A DNA stretch of 55,570 nt. Origin: a virus. Taxonomy: Duplodnaviria > Caudoviricetes. The DNA lies in IMG/VR virus record IMGVR_UViG_3300020045_013245, positions 1 to 55,570 of that record, one strand, 5' to 3'. Positions 29,313 to 38,503 of the stretch are shown here, one piece after another (position 1 is the stretch's first letter; the number at the start of each line of letters is the position of its first letter). The translations under genes were made by a program, and so were the position numbers. The notes below the pieces were generated by a model. That model saw only the letters and a program-made list of their open reading frames with translations. It searched no databases and had not been told where the DNA came from.

Positions 29313-29571
29313 TGAATATCGTAAATATTTATTTGAGCAAATACATCAAATAGTATTTAATGGAAATGGTGGATATGAATATATGACTGTTTATAACATG
29401 CCTATATGGCTACGTAATCATGAATATATGAAAATTGTTGAATATCATACAAAACCACAACAAGAGTTAGAAAAAAAGAAATGGGAAGAAGCCAAACAAG
29501 CATCCAAATCAGTTAAACATTTGTATAATCCAGGCACAACATACAATGTTAAAGCTCCTACAAAAAAGTAA
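29302..29571 (+). CDS. frameshift extension of the chaperone (GT-like), GLNDEYRKYLFEQIHQIVF...NMPIWLR
   Basis: +1 frame opens at 29293 right at a T7 run; coding-like for 27 codons before the first ATG (29383). Confidence 0.65.
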   Translation, partial: GLNDEYRKYLFEQIHQIVFNGNGGYEYMTVYNMPIWLRNHEYMKIVEYHTKPQQELEKKKWEEAKQASKSVKHLYNPGTTYNVKAPTKK

Positions 29572-29580
29572 GGAGCTTTT
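29551..29580 (+). terminator. hairpin/terminator
   Basis: AAAGCTCCT / AGGAGCTTT plus Ts, followed by TATTTATA at 29582. Confidence 0.55.
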
Positions 29581-29593
29581 GTATTTATAATAT

Positions 29594-29872
29594 ATGTATA
29601 AATTACTACCTATATTAAAAGAAATTAAAATTATTAATAAAATAACTCCAGAAATATTGGGAGATTTATATAGTACAATATGGAAGGGAAGGGATGGGTC
29701 GGAATGGGATAAAATTAGCGATAATGGTATGAGAGAATGGAAAAATAATATTATAAAATATTTACCACATGGACTGAATAAGAAATACCCATACTATCAA
29801 GATGTTAATAAAAAATATTTACCACGTATGTATAATGATTTAATAAAATTTAAACAAAAATATAATTTATAA
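29594..29872 (+). CDS. MIKL-leader family protein
   Basis: MYKLLPILKE|IKIINKITPE...MYNDLIKFKQKYNL; TAATG-coupled to the tape measure gene. Confidence 0.75.
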   Translation: MYKLLPILKEIKIINKITPEILGDLYSTIWKGRDGSEWDKISDNGMREWKNNIIKYLPHGLNKKYPYYQDVNKKYLPRMYNDLIKFKQKYNL

Positions 29873-32265
29873 TGCCAATAGATGATTCACTAGATCCAAA
29901 AAACGACCCTTCTCAAACTATAGAAGATTTAGGTATTAGAGCCTCAGCATTTAATGATGCTATTACTAGTATTATTAGTGATATGAATGCTGCTAATTCT
30001 GGTTTAAATCAAAGATTTGATATTTCACTACAAAATATTAGAAAAGTAGGTAGAGAAGTATTTAATATATATGATAAAACTATAGGAGCTGTTGGTAAAG
30101 GAAATAAAGGATTATTAGAAAGAAAAAAAGTTAATGAACAAATATTAAAAAATATTCAAGCTCAAAACCAATTTCAAGGTTTAATAAAAATTTTAGAAGC
30201 TGAAGCTTTAGTAGTAGGAGGAGAAAGAGCTAAACAATTACTTAATGTTACTGCTTATTTATCAGAACAAGAACAAACATTAGGAAATATTAACTTATTA
30301 TGGCAAAAAGAAAGAGATGCTATAGATGAATTAAATAGAAAAAAATTACAACCTTTAGTAGGTATATTAAAAGGAATATCAAAAATTCCAATTATAGGAG
30401 ATGTAATAAACGTTCAACGTGGTGTAGATTTAATGGAAACAGCTCAAAAACCAATTGAAGCTGGAGGTAAAGGAATACAAAATTATTTTAAACTTTTTTC
30501 AATAGGTTTAAAAGAAACATTTAGAGGATTTGGAGGTATATTAGGTAAATTAGCTTTAATTACTGCTCCTTTTATGTTGATTATAAAATTAATTAAGTTA
30601 TGGGTTGGAGGAATGTTAGATGCTGATAAAATGAATACTAATATTGCTCGTAATTTAGGTGTTCAAAAAACATTAGCACAAGATATAAGAAAAATATATG
30701 TTCATAATAAAGCAAATGTAAATGATATATTTTTTACAACCACAAATCAAGTAGAAGCTGCTGAAGAATTAAATAATGCTTTTGGTACAGGTTATATTTT
30801 TTCTAAAGAAATATTAAAAAACCAAATTGATTTAAGTAAAGTAATGGGTTTATCTGTTGAAGAATCTATTGCTTTAAATAAAATTTTTGGTACTCAAGAA
30901 ATGACTTCTGAAGAATTTTTAGAGTCAATTACAAAACAAACTTTAGAAGTAAATAAACAGAAAAAAATTCAATTAAATTATAAACAAATTTATCAGGATA
31001 TTTCTAAATTATCTGGTATTGTTTTATCAAACTATAAAAATCAAGTACCACAATTAGCAAATGCTGTAGCTCAGGTAAAAGCATTAGGTTTATCAATGGA
31101 TGATGCTTCACAAATTTCTTCACATTTATTAGATTGGCAATCTTCTATTGAAAGTGAATTAGAAGCAGAATTACTTATGGGTAGAGGTTTAAATGCTGAA
31201 CGCGCAAGAGGATTAGCATTGATGGGAAAAACTGATAAAGCAGCTAAAGCATTAATGGAAGATGCTGGATTAACTTTTGATAGTTTTTCAGATTTAAATG
31301 TTATTGTTAAGGGAAGTTTAGCTAAGTATATGGGATTGAATGCTGATAAATTAGCAGATGCTTTGTTAATTCAAAAGAATATGACAGCTGCTACTGAAGT
31401 TCAAAGAAAAGAAATAGAAAAAGCAATTCCAACTTTAGAAAAAAGAAATAATTTTTATAAGGAAATGAATGACCCTAAAAATATTACTAGGGGTTTAATG
31501 GAACTAACTATTCAACAAAAATTTAATCAAGCTTTATTAAAGGCGAAAGAAATATTTTCTGATTTTGTATCTGGAGGCATGTTAAATAATTTAGTAGATG
31601 TATTAACAAATTTAATTAATAAACTTCAAAGATATTTTAGAGGAGCTGATTATAAACATATTGGAAAACAAACCTTTTCTGAAATACAATCAAACACAAA
31701 CATTAGTAATTCTCAAAAGGAATTTGCTAATGAAATCCAAAAAACATTAACAAAAACTAGAAGTGGATTTTATAATGCTCTTACACCAGCAGTACAAGTT
31801 TCATATAGAAAAAATACTAATGAAATAAAAAATCAAATATTAGATAGAATAAATCAAGGTGAAAAATTTGGTAGTTTAGATGAAATATATAAAGTAATGT
31901 TTAGGTCATTAGCTAGAAAAGAAGGAAGTACTCTTTCAGATGATGAAATAGATAAAATTTTTAATAGTTCTACGTTTCATAATAAAATTATTAAAGGTTT
32001 TAAAAGGGGAAAAGTATATGGAACTCCTGTTATGTCTAATAATGATAAAATTCAAGAAGATTTTGTAATGAAAGGTAATAAAATTGTACCCTTTCGTAAA
32101 GATGATATAATAATGGGTGGCACAAGTTTATTAGGAGGAGATAATAATCAAGTAGTAAAATTGTTACGTGAAATAGCTTCAGCAATAAAAGATGGTAAAG
32201 GTGTGTATTTAAATGGTCAAAAAGTAGGAATGGCTATGGCAATGAATTCTACCAATATTCCATAA
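29872..32265 (+). CDS. tape measure protein
   Basis: Long helical protein after tube and chaperone; LLDWQSSIESELEAELLMGR.LN.ERAR; C-terminal VYLNGQKVG. Confidence 0.75.
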   Translation: MPIDDSLDPKNDPSQTIEDLGIRASAFNDAITSIISDMNAANSGLNQRFDISLQNIRKVGREVFNIYDKTIGAVGKGNKGLLERKKVNEQILKNIQAQNQFQGLIKILEAEALVVGGERAKQLLNVTAYLSEQEQTLGNINLLWQKERDAIDELNRKKLQPLVGILKGISKIPIIGDVINVQRGVDLMETAQKPIEAGGKGIQNYFKLFSIGLKETFRGFGGILGKLALITAPFMLIIKLIKLWVGGMLDADKMNTNIARNLGVQKTLAQDIRKIYVHNKANVNDIFFTTTNQVEAAEELNNAFGTGYIFSKEILKNQIDLSKVMGLSVEESIALNKIFGTQEMTSEEFLESITKQTLEVNKQKKIQLNYKQIYQDISKLSGIVLSNYKNQVPQLANAVAQVKALGLSMDDASQISSHLLDWQSSIESELEAELLMGRGLNAERARGLALMGKTDKAAKALMEDAGLTFDSFSDLNVIVKGSLAKYMGLNADKLADALLIQKNMTAATEVQRKEIEKAIPTLEKRNNFYKEMNDPKNITRGLMELTIQQKFNQALLKAKEIFSDFVSGGMLNNLVDVLTNLINKLQRYFRGADYKHIGKQTFSEIQSNTNISNSQKEFANEIQKTLTKTRSGFYNALTPAVQVSYRKNTNEIKNQILDRINQGEKFGSLDEIYKVMFRSLARKEGSTLSDDEIDKIFNSSTFHNKIIKGFKRGKVYGTPVMSNNDKIQEDFVMKGNKIVPFRKDDIIMGGTSLLGGDNNQVVKLLREIASAIKDGKGVYLNGQKVGMAMAMNSTNIP

Positions 32266-32296
32266 AAATCAAATATTTATACCAAAATAAAATAAT

Positions 32297-32527
32297 ATGG
32301 GACTATTACAAAATTTAATAAATGGATTAAGTCGTTTAGGATATAATGGAAACAGACCACCATTTAACGGAGAAACACCTGGATCAACATTACATAACAC
32401 TTCATCTCAAAATGGTATTCCCCCACATCCAAGAAATGAAAGTATTTTGGATGAAGAAGATGCTGCTAATTCAAGTATATGGAGATCAAAAATTGGGGAT
32501 AGATATATTGATCATCTTCCTCAATAA
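32297..32527 (+). CDS. small hypothetical late protein
   Basis: TATTTATA at 32274; ends YIDHLPQ. Confidence 0.6.
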   Translation: MGLLQNLINGLSRLGYNGNRPPFNGETPGSTLHNTSSQNGIPPHPRNESILDEEDAANSSIWRSKIGDRYIDHLPQ

Positions 32528-32528
32528 T

Positions 32529-32630
32529 ATGAATATAATTGGAATATATAAGGCTACATCCCCATCGGGACGTATGTATATTGGTCAAAGTACTAATGTT
32601 ACAAAACGTTTAAATAATTATAAAAATTAA
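32529..32630 (+). pseudogene. GIY-YIG homing endonuclease remnant (33 aa)
   Basis: MNIIGIYKATSPSGRMYIGQSTNVTKRLNNYKN*. Confidence 0.75.
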
Positions 32631-32631
32631 A

Positions 32632-34341
32632 ATGCCTTTAATATCTTTAAATACAAATCTCAAAAAACTTCCTTTTGGAAAAGATCAACGTGGAGGTGGA
32701 TCTTCTAATCAACCCTACATCAAAACTCCTATACCAGACAAAGAATCTGATTTATTGAACTTTGATGAAGGTTTAATAAGAGGAGGAGTTATTGGTGCTG
32801 CTGTTCATTCTGCAATAGATACAACCCGAATATTTAAATTTCTTAAAGATGTACCTAAAGGTCCTTTGTTTTTAATAAAACAAGTAGGACTACAACTATC
32901 AAATCCTCGTATAGAAACAAATAAAGGTTTATTTAATAATACAAATTTAGGTCCTACACGAATATATAATTTAGGAATTAATACATTAGCTCAAATACCA
33001 GTTAATGCTTTTGGGGTACATATTGAACGTCATGGTTTAACTCCTTTTATAGGAGAAGATTATAAATATTCTAAAGTTGTTCCTAATAAATCTACAGAAG
33101 AAAATAGATTAGTGCAATTGAGAGATAGATTAATTGTACGTAATGAAAATTTAAAATTAACTAAAAAAGATAATAAAAAATTAGATTCATTTATAGCTTC
33201 TGGCGTTGATGTAGGTATTAATACAAAAAATTATCTTATAGCAAAATTAACTAAACAAGAGGGAATAATTGATCGTTATGTAGGAGGACCTGGTTCAGTT
33301 TATGGAATAGGAACCACAACAATTAGACGTTTTGATTATACTCCTGCAATTAATGAAGAGGGAACAAAATATTTTGATGAAATAAGAAAACAAAATCAAG
33401 ATAATTTATTTCAAACAAATGCTTTATTACAATTAAATAGTGCATTAGATTTAAATTTAACTGGTTCTATTAGAAGGAGTGGTATTACACCAATTGATCA
33501 AGTTGCTCCTACTTCAACTGATAATGTTATTATATCAAAAGATAATTATAATGTTGAACAAAAAATATTAGCCGATTCTTTTTATGAAATAGATAGAAGA
33601 GTAAAAAGGGGTTCACCTGGTAAAAAAATGGATAGAAGCGACTATTCCAAAGGTGAAGCTTTAGATAAAATAACAGCTTTAGAAATATTTAGAGCTCAAT
33701 CTCCAGGTTCAAATAATGCTGTTTCATTAGATGACCAAAGAGATTTAATCAAATTTAGATTTGAAGCAATAGATACAGATGAACCTAATTTTTCAAATTT
33801 TATTGTATTTAGAGCATTTATAAAAGGAATTTCATTTCCATTTAATGCTGATTGGCAAGGTGTAAAATATAATGGTAGAGGTGAACAATTTTATACATAT
33901 AATGGTTTTACTTCACAAATAACATTTAATTTTCAACTAGCTGCTCAATCAAGAGCTGAAATGAAACCAATGTATCAAAAATTAAATTATTTAATTTCAA
34001 ATTTAACTCCTGATTATAAGTCAAATAGAATGAGAGGACCTTTAATGAAATTAACAATTGGTAATTTAATTTATAGACAACCAGGATTTATTACTTCATT
34101 AACCCCAACAGTAAACGATGATGCACCTTGGGAAATAGCATTAGATGAACCTGATGCAAATGATGCAAAGAAAGATAGAGATATGATGGAATTACCTCAT
34201 TTAATAGATGTAGCTGTTGCTTATACTCCAATTTGGAATTTCTTACCACAAAAATCATTAACACAATCACCATTTATTGCAGATAAAGGAGAAGAAAAAG
34301 GAGGTGGTGAGCGTTGGATTCCAAAAACTAGATTATTATGA
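32632..34341 (+). CDS. baseplate/tail-tube initiator-like protein
   Basis: C-terminal FRAFI....F.ADW...Y.GRGEQFYTY.GF...F.F tube-like domain; synteny. Confidence 0.6.
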   Translation: MPLISLNTNLKKLPFGKDQRGGGSSNQPYIKTPIPDKESDLLNFDEGLIRGGVIGAAVHSAIDTTRIFKFLKDVPKGPLFLIKQVGLQLSNPRIETNKGLFNNTNLGPTRIYNLGINTLAQIPVNAFGVHIERHGLTPFIGEDYKYSKVVPNKSTEENRLVQLRDRLIVRNENLKLTKKDNKKLDSFIASGVDVGINTKNYLIAKLTKQEGIIDRYVGGPGSVYGIGTTTIRRFDYTPAINEEGTKYFDEIRKQNQDNLFQTNALLQLNSALDLNLTGSIRRSGITPIDQVAPTSTDNVIISKDNYNVEQKILADSFYEIDRRVKRGSPGKKMDRSDYSKGEALDKITALEIFRAQSPGSNNAVSLDDQRDLIKFRFEAIDTDEPNFSNFIVFRAFIKGISFPFNADWQGVKYNGRGEQFYTYNGFTSQITFNFQLAAQSRAEMKPMYQKLNYLISNLTPDYKSNRMRGPLMKLTIGNLIYRQPGFITSLTPTVNDDAPWEIALDEPDANDAKKDRDMMELPHLIDVAVAYTPIWNFLPQKSLTQSPFIADKGEEKGGGERWIPKTRLL

Positions 34342-34721
34342 TTAAATTAATAGAAATATTAAATGAAATTAAAGTAATTCCAGGTAATCATTATAATAAA
34401 ATAAAAATAATATGGAAAGAAATACGTAAAAAGGCACATGAAAATGGTGATTTTGAAAAAAGCAATTTTTTCTTAAAAAAAATAAATAATATGATAGGAT
34501 ATAAAAGTTCTACCATGCCTTTTTTAGATTGTTTGGAAAGATTGGATAATAAAGGAAGAGAAGATATGTATAAAATTTTAGTAAAATATAAAGATGAACC
34601 ATTACCATTAGATGAAATAAAAATACTTGGTAAAATAACTCCTGAAATGATTGATGATTTAGAAACTGAAATAAATAAAAATTATACTTATAAAATACAT
34701 AAATTTCATAATATTATTTAA
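34338..34721 (+). CDS. MIKL-leader family protein, two modules; 3' end probably frameshifted (may extend to 34806)
   Basis: MIKLIEILNE|IKVI and LDE|IKILGKITPEMI; a +1 frame runs on to a TAATG overlap at 34806. Confidence 0.7.
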   Translation: MIKLIEILNEIKVIPGNHYNKIKIIWKEIRKKAHENGDFEKSNFFLKKINNMIGYKSSTMPFLDCLERLDNKGREDMYKILVKYKDEPLPLDEIKILGKITPEMIDDLETEINKNYTYKIHKFHNII

Positions 34722-34805
34722 AAACATGGATTTAGTTTTTGGAAAAGATGAATGGTATTCTTGGTTTTTAAATATATCTAAAAGATATATCCAAATAATA
34801 AACTA

Positions 34806-35123
34806 ATGAATAGATACCTTAATTCAACTATATTAAAAACAGAATCAGGTAAAAGATATTATTCATCAATAATATATCCTGAAGTAACACCAAAAGATAG
34901 TGATTTATATATAATTACTACTATGGGTGATAGACTTGATTTAATAGCTAATGATTATTATGGTGATGTAACTTTATGGCCTATTTTATATTTTGCTAAT
35001 AATAATGCTGGATTAAATAGATATTCTATATTTGTACCTGTAGGTATTCAATTAAGAATACCTGATCCAAATAATATATCTGACATTTTAAATCAATTAG
35101 AAACAATAAATAAATCAAGGTAA
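34806..35123 (+). CDS. LysM-like baseplate wedge protein (gp53/tail X-like)
   Basis: GDRLDLIANDYYGD..LW..L..AN...G.QLRIP. Confidence 0.85.
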   Translation: MNRYLNSTILKTESGKRYYSSIIYPEVTPKDSDLYIITTMGDRLDLIANDYYGDVTLWPILYFANNNAGLNRYSIFVPVGIQLRIPDPNNISDILNQLETINKSR

Positions 35124-35129
35124 TGAATT

Positions 35130-37379
35130 ATGAGCATATTCAAATCAACATTCAAACAATACGTAAAGGATCAATTAAGAACTAGGGAAAATGCTCGAAA
35201 TGAGTCAGGAAGAACTCAATCTAAAAATATACAATATTTAAATTCTCGTACTGGTTGGATTAGATTAACATCTTCTGTTGATATTGATCCAGATTCTGAA
35301 TTAGCTGCTAAATTAGGTTTAAAGAATAATGCATTAGCTAAAAAATATATTTTACAAGGAGGTGTTTTATATGAAAAAAATAATAAATTTGCACTACGTA
35401 GAGGATTAGGTTCTGGTGGAGGTTCATATGGTGATAAATTATTGGGGGGTCCTAACTCTAATTGGAAACAAGGTGGAAGACAAGAATTAGGTATTAGACC
35501 AATGCCTGGTATTACTTCAATTTCTGTTAAATCAAAAACAGCATATGGTTCATTACGTGAAGGAATAATTAATTTAACTTGTTGGAGTGTTTCTCAATTA
35601 GAAGAATTAGAATTATTATATATGAGACCAGGTTATGCTGTATTATTAGAATGGGGTTCATCTTTATATTTAGATAATAATTCATCTTTAGTAACAAATT
35701 CACCTTATATTAATATATTAGATGTTACAAATACAAATTTATCTAAAAATAAAATATATGAAAGTATTTTCCAAAAACAAAAAGAAACATCTGGTAATTA
35801 TGATGCAATGTTTGGACTTATACAAAATTTTTCATGGTCTTCTCGTCAAGATGGAGGATATGATTGTATAATTACTATTATTTCTATTGGAGAAGTAATG
35901 GAATCACTTAAAATAAATTATGTTTCTACAAATAATGGATTAGTATTAGATAATATAAGTAAACTTACTGGTAATAAAGAAGATATTTTAAGAGAACTTA
36001 AAGCTAATAAATTAAAAGGAACTTTATTATACATTCATCAAAAATTATTAGAAACAAATAACACAATAGGTATATATAATATACATAATAATTCATCTAA
36101 TAAAGATATTTCTACAGAATATTTAAATATCAAAATAAATGAATCAACTACATCTAATAATTCAGGTACAAATTCCACAGATAATCAAATTTATATTCCT
36201 TTAAAATTTTTATTAGAATTATTAAATAATGATATTATTTTATATGATAATAAACATAAGGAACCTTATATAAAATTATCAGTAAATGATAATGATAATA
36301 AACCACTTGAATGTTTTGCTTTTTATAAACAAGTATCAATAAATCCTAAAGTATGTTTAATAACACCATTTTCAGATACTTTACAAAATTCAACATTCCA
36401 ACCTATTGGTCCTGATTTTTTAGGAAATGTTGGTAATGATTTTAAATATTTTAATAAAGAATCATCTAAGGAAGGAAATAGAGGAATAATTGGTAATATA
36501 TTTTTAAATATATCTAATTTAATAGAAATTTTAGATTCAATATCTTTTCAAGAAGAGAAAGGGGTTGTTAGTATTTATTTATTTTTAAAAGAAGTAATGT
36601 TTCAAGTTCAAAAATCATTAGGAAATATTAATAATTTTGAATTACATGTTGATGGAACAAGAGATATAGTAAGAATAATAGATGTAAAATATTTAGATGA
36701 AAAAGAAATTGCATCAGATGATGTTTATACTTTAAAAGTATTTGGAAATGAAACCACTGTAAGAAATTATTCTATACAATCTGCAATATTTCCATCAATG
36801 ACTACAATGATTGCAATTAGTGCACAAACTGTAGGGGGAGTATTAGGATATGATAATGGGAATTTTATTAAATTTAATGAAGGATTAATAAATAGAATAA
36901 TTCCTGAAGTAAATGAATATAATTCAACAAATCAATTTGTGGGTTTTGGTCGTAATCCTTCATTCTTAATAGATGAAAATAAACAATCAACAATAGATGC
37001 TTTTAATAATAATACAAGTTTAATAGTACAATTTTTTGAAACTTTAAATAAATTTAGAAAAATTCCTTCCGAAGACAAAATAAATTCATTACAAACAGCA
37101 TTACATGATATTATATATTATGAAATAAATAATGAAAAAGATTCAAAAGCTAATTATAAAGGAATAATGCCCATTAAATTAAATATTACATTAGATGGTT
37201 TATCTGGTTTAGTTATAGGTGAAATATTTAAAATTCCTGAAGATAGATTACCTCTTGGATATAAAAGTACAGGTAAATTTAGAGTAGGATTTATTATTAC
37301 TGGAATATCACAAGAAGTTCAAAATAATGATTGGGTAACTACTTTAGAAACACAACAATGTATGCTTAAATCATCATGA
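35130..37379 (+). CDS. baseplate hub-like protein
   Basis: RPMPGITS, GSLR, LYMRPG..VLLEWG, LDGLSG...G..F, W.T.LE motifs; synteny. Confidence 0.6.
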   Translation: MSIFKSTFKQYVKDQLRTRENARNESGRTQSKNIQYLNSRTGWIRLTSSVDIDPDSELAAKLGLKNNALAKKYILQGGVLYEKNNKFALRRGLGSGGGSYGDKLLGGPNSNWKQGGRQELGIRPMPGITSISVKSKTAYGSLREGIINLTCWSVSQLEELELLYMRPGYAVLLEWGSSLYLDNNSSLVTNSPYINILDVTNTNLSKNKIYESIFQKQKETSGNYDAMFGLIQNFSWSSRQDGGYDCIITIISIGEVMESLKINYVSTNNGLVLDNISKLTGNKEDILRELKANKLKGTLLYIHQKLLETNNTIGIYNIHNNSSNKDISTEYLNIKINESTTSNNSGTNSTDNQIYIPLKFLLELLNNDIILYDNKHKEPYIKLSVNDNDNKPLECFAFYKQVSINPKVCLITPFSDTLQNSTFQPIGPDFLGNVGNDFKYFNKESSKEGNRGIIGNIFLNISNLIEILDSISFQEEKGVVSIYLFLKEVMFQVQKSLGNINNFELHVDGTRDIVRIIDVKYLDEKEIASDDVYTLKVFGNETTVRNYSIQSAIFPSMTTMIAISAQTVGGVLGYDNGNFIKFNEGLINRIIPEVNEYNSTNQFVGFGRNPSFLIDENKQSTIDAFNNNTSLIVQFFETLNKFRKIPSEDKINSLQTALHDIIYYEINNEKDSKANYKGIMPIKLNITLDGLSGLVIGEIFKIPEDRLPLGYKSTGKFRVGFIITGISQEVQNNDWVTTLETQQCMLKSS

Positions 37380-37891
37380 TTAAATTAATATCCATATTAG
37401 ATGAAATAAAAATTCTACCAGCTTTGAGTAGAATATATGTTGATAGCCCTGAAGAAAATAAATTAAAACAAGTAATTGGAAAAAATTTGAAGATAGGTGA
37501 TTTTGTATATTTTTTAACAGTAGATAAAAATGAACAAAATGGAGAATTGTATTATCAAAGAGCCAGAATAACTAAAATACAAAAACAACAAAAAAATCAT
37601 TATTCTTTTTATTATAAAATATATGTTAATTTTCCAAATACTGGTTTTTTTACAGCTACAGATTTATATGTTTTAAAGGGAATTAATGAAATAAAAATTA
37701 TTGGTAAAAATAACATAACACCTGAAAGTTTATATAAGTTATCAGATAAAATTAATTATGAAAAATTTAATGATAAAGCCCATGAAATGGGATGGGATGG
37801 AAAACATATTATTAGTTGGATTGAAAATTTGTCTAAAGATGAATTTTTTAAATTTTATATTTATGTTATAACTCATGCTTTAATAAAATAA
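37376..37891 (+). CDS. MIKL-leader family protein, two modules
   Basis: MIKLISILDE|IKIL (KOW-like LKIGDFV) and INE|IKIIGKNNITPE. Confidence 0.75.
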   Translation: MIKLISILDEIKILPALSRIYVDSPEENKLKQVIGKNLKIGDFVYFLTVDKNEQNGELYYQRARITKIQKQQKNHYSFYYKIYVNFPNTGFFTATDLYVLKGINEIKIIGKNNITPESLYKLSDKINYEKFNDKAHEMGWDGKHIISWIENLSKDEFFKFYIYVITHALIK

Positions 37892-37897
37892 TTAATA

Positions 37898-38503
37898 ATG
37901 TATTATCCTAAATCCAAAATATTAGAAAATCAATATACACCTGGTGCAGAATATCAGCGTAAAGATAATAATGAACCATATATTGGTACTTATTGTATTT
38001 TATCTGATGGAAAATTTTTTAGTGGTAAAACATTAACAAATACATCTATAGAATTAATAAAAATTCAAAAAAACGCAAGTAAATTTAATTTTAATAGATT
38101 CATACCAAATAATTTTATTAACAAAAATACGTTTTTAAATAATTTAAATAAAGCAAAAGAATTAAGACCCACAATTTTATCACCAACTCCAAATGATTAT
38201 ATTAATGGATTTATAACACGTTATTTTGCAAAAAAATTAAATGTTGAAGGAATACAAATATTTGAAATATCGCAACAAGATTATAACGACGTATTAAATA
38301 ATACAAATAAATATTTATCATTATATCAAGTAATATCATTAGAATGGAAAATAACAGGTCCAAATTATGATAATAATGATAATCCAATAAGTCCTACATA
38401 CGGTGTAATGGATACTAATAAACGTACATTAGAAATTAAAGAAAAGGAAATGCCAGGTATAAAAAAATATTTTGAAAATAGGTTGAAAGAATTTGCAAAA
38501 TGA
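37898..38503 (+). CDS. hypothetical phage protein (possible baseplate component)
   Basis: YT.G.EY......Y.G.Y and PT..DY..GFITRYF..K..WKITGP motifs; synteny. Confidence 0.6.
   Translation: MYYPKSKILENQYTPGAEYQRKDNNEPYIGTYCILSDGKFFSGKTLTNTSIELIKIQKNASKFNFNRFIPNNFINKNTFLNNLNKAKELRPTILSPTPNDYINGFITRYFAKKLNVEGIQIFEISQQDYNDVLNNTNKYLSLYQVISLEWKITGPNYDNNDNPISPTYGVMDTNKRTLEIKEKEMPGIKKYFENRLKEFAK

Noticed and set aside
32346-32630. 94-aa ORF
   Set aside because: It overlaps 32297-32527 out of frame; only the last 33 codons (GIY-YIG stub) are meaningful
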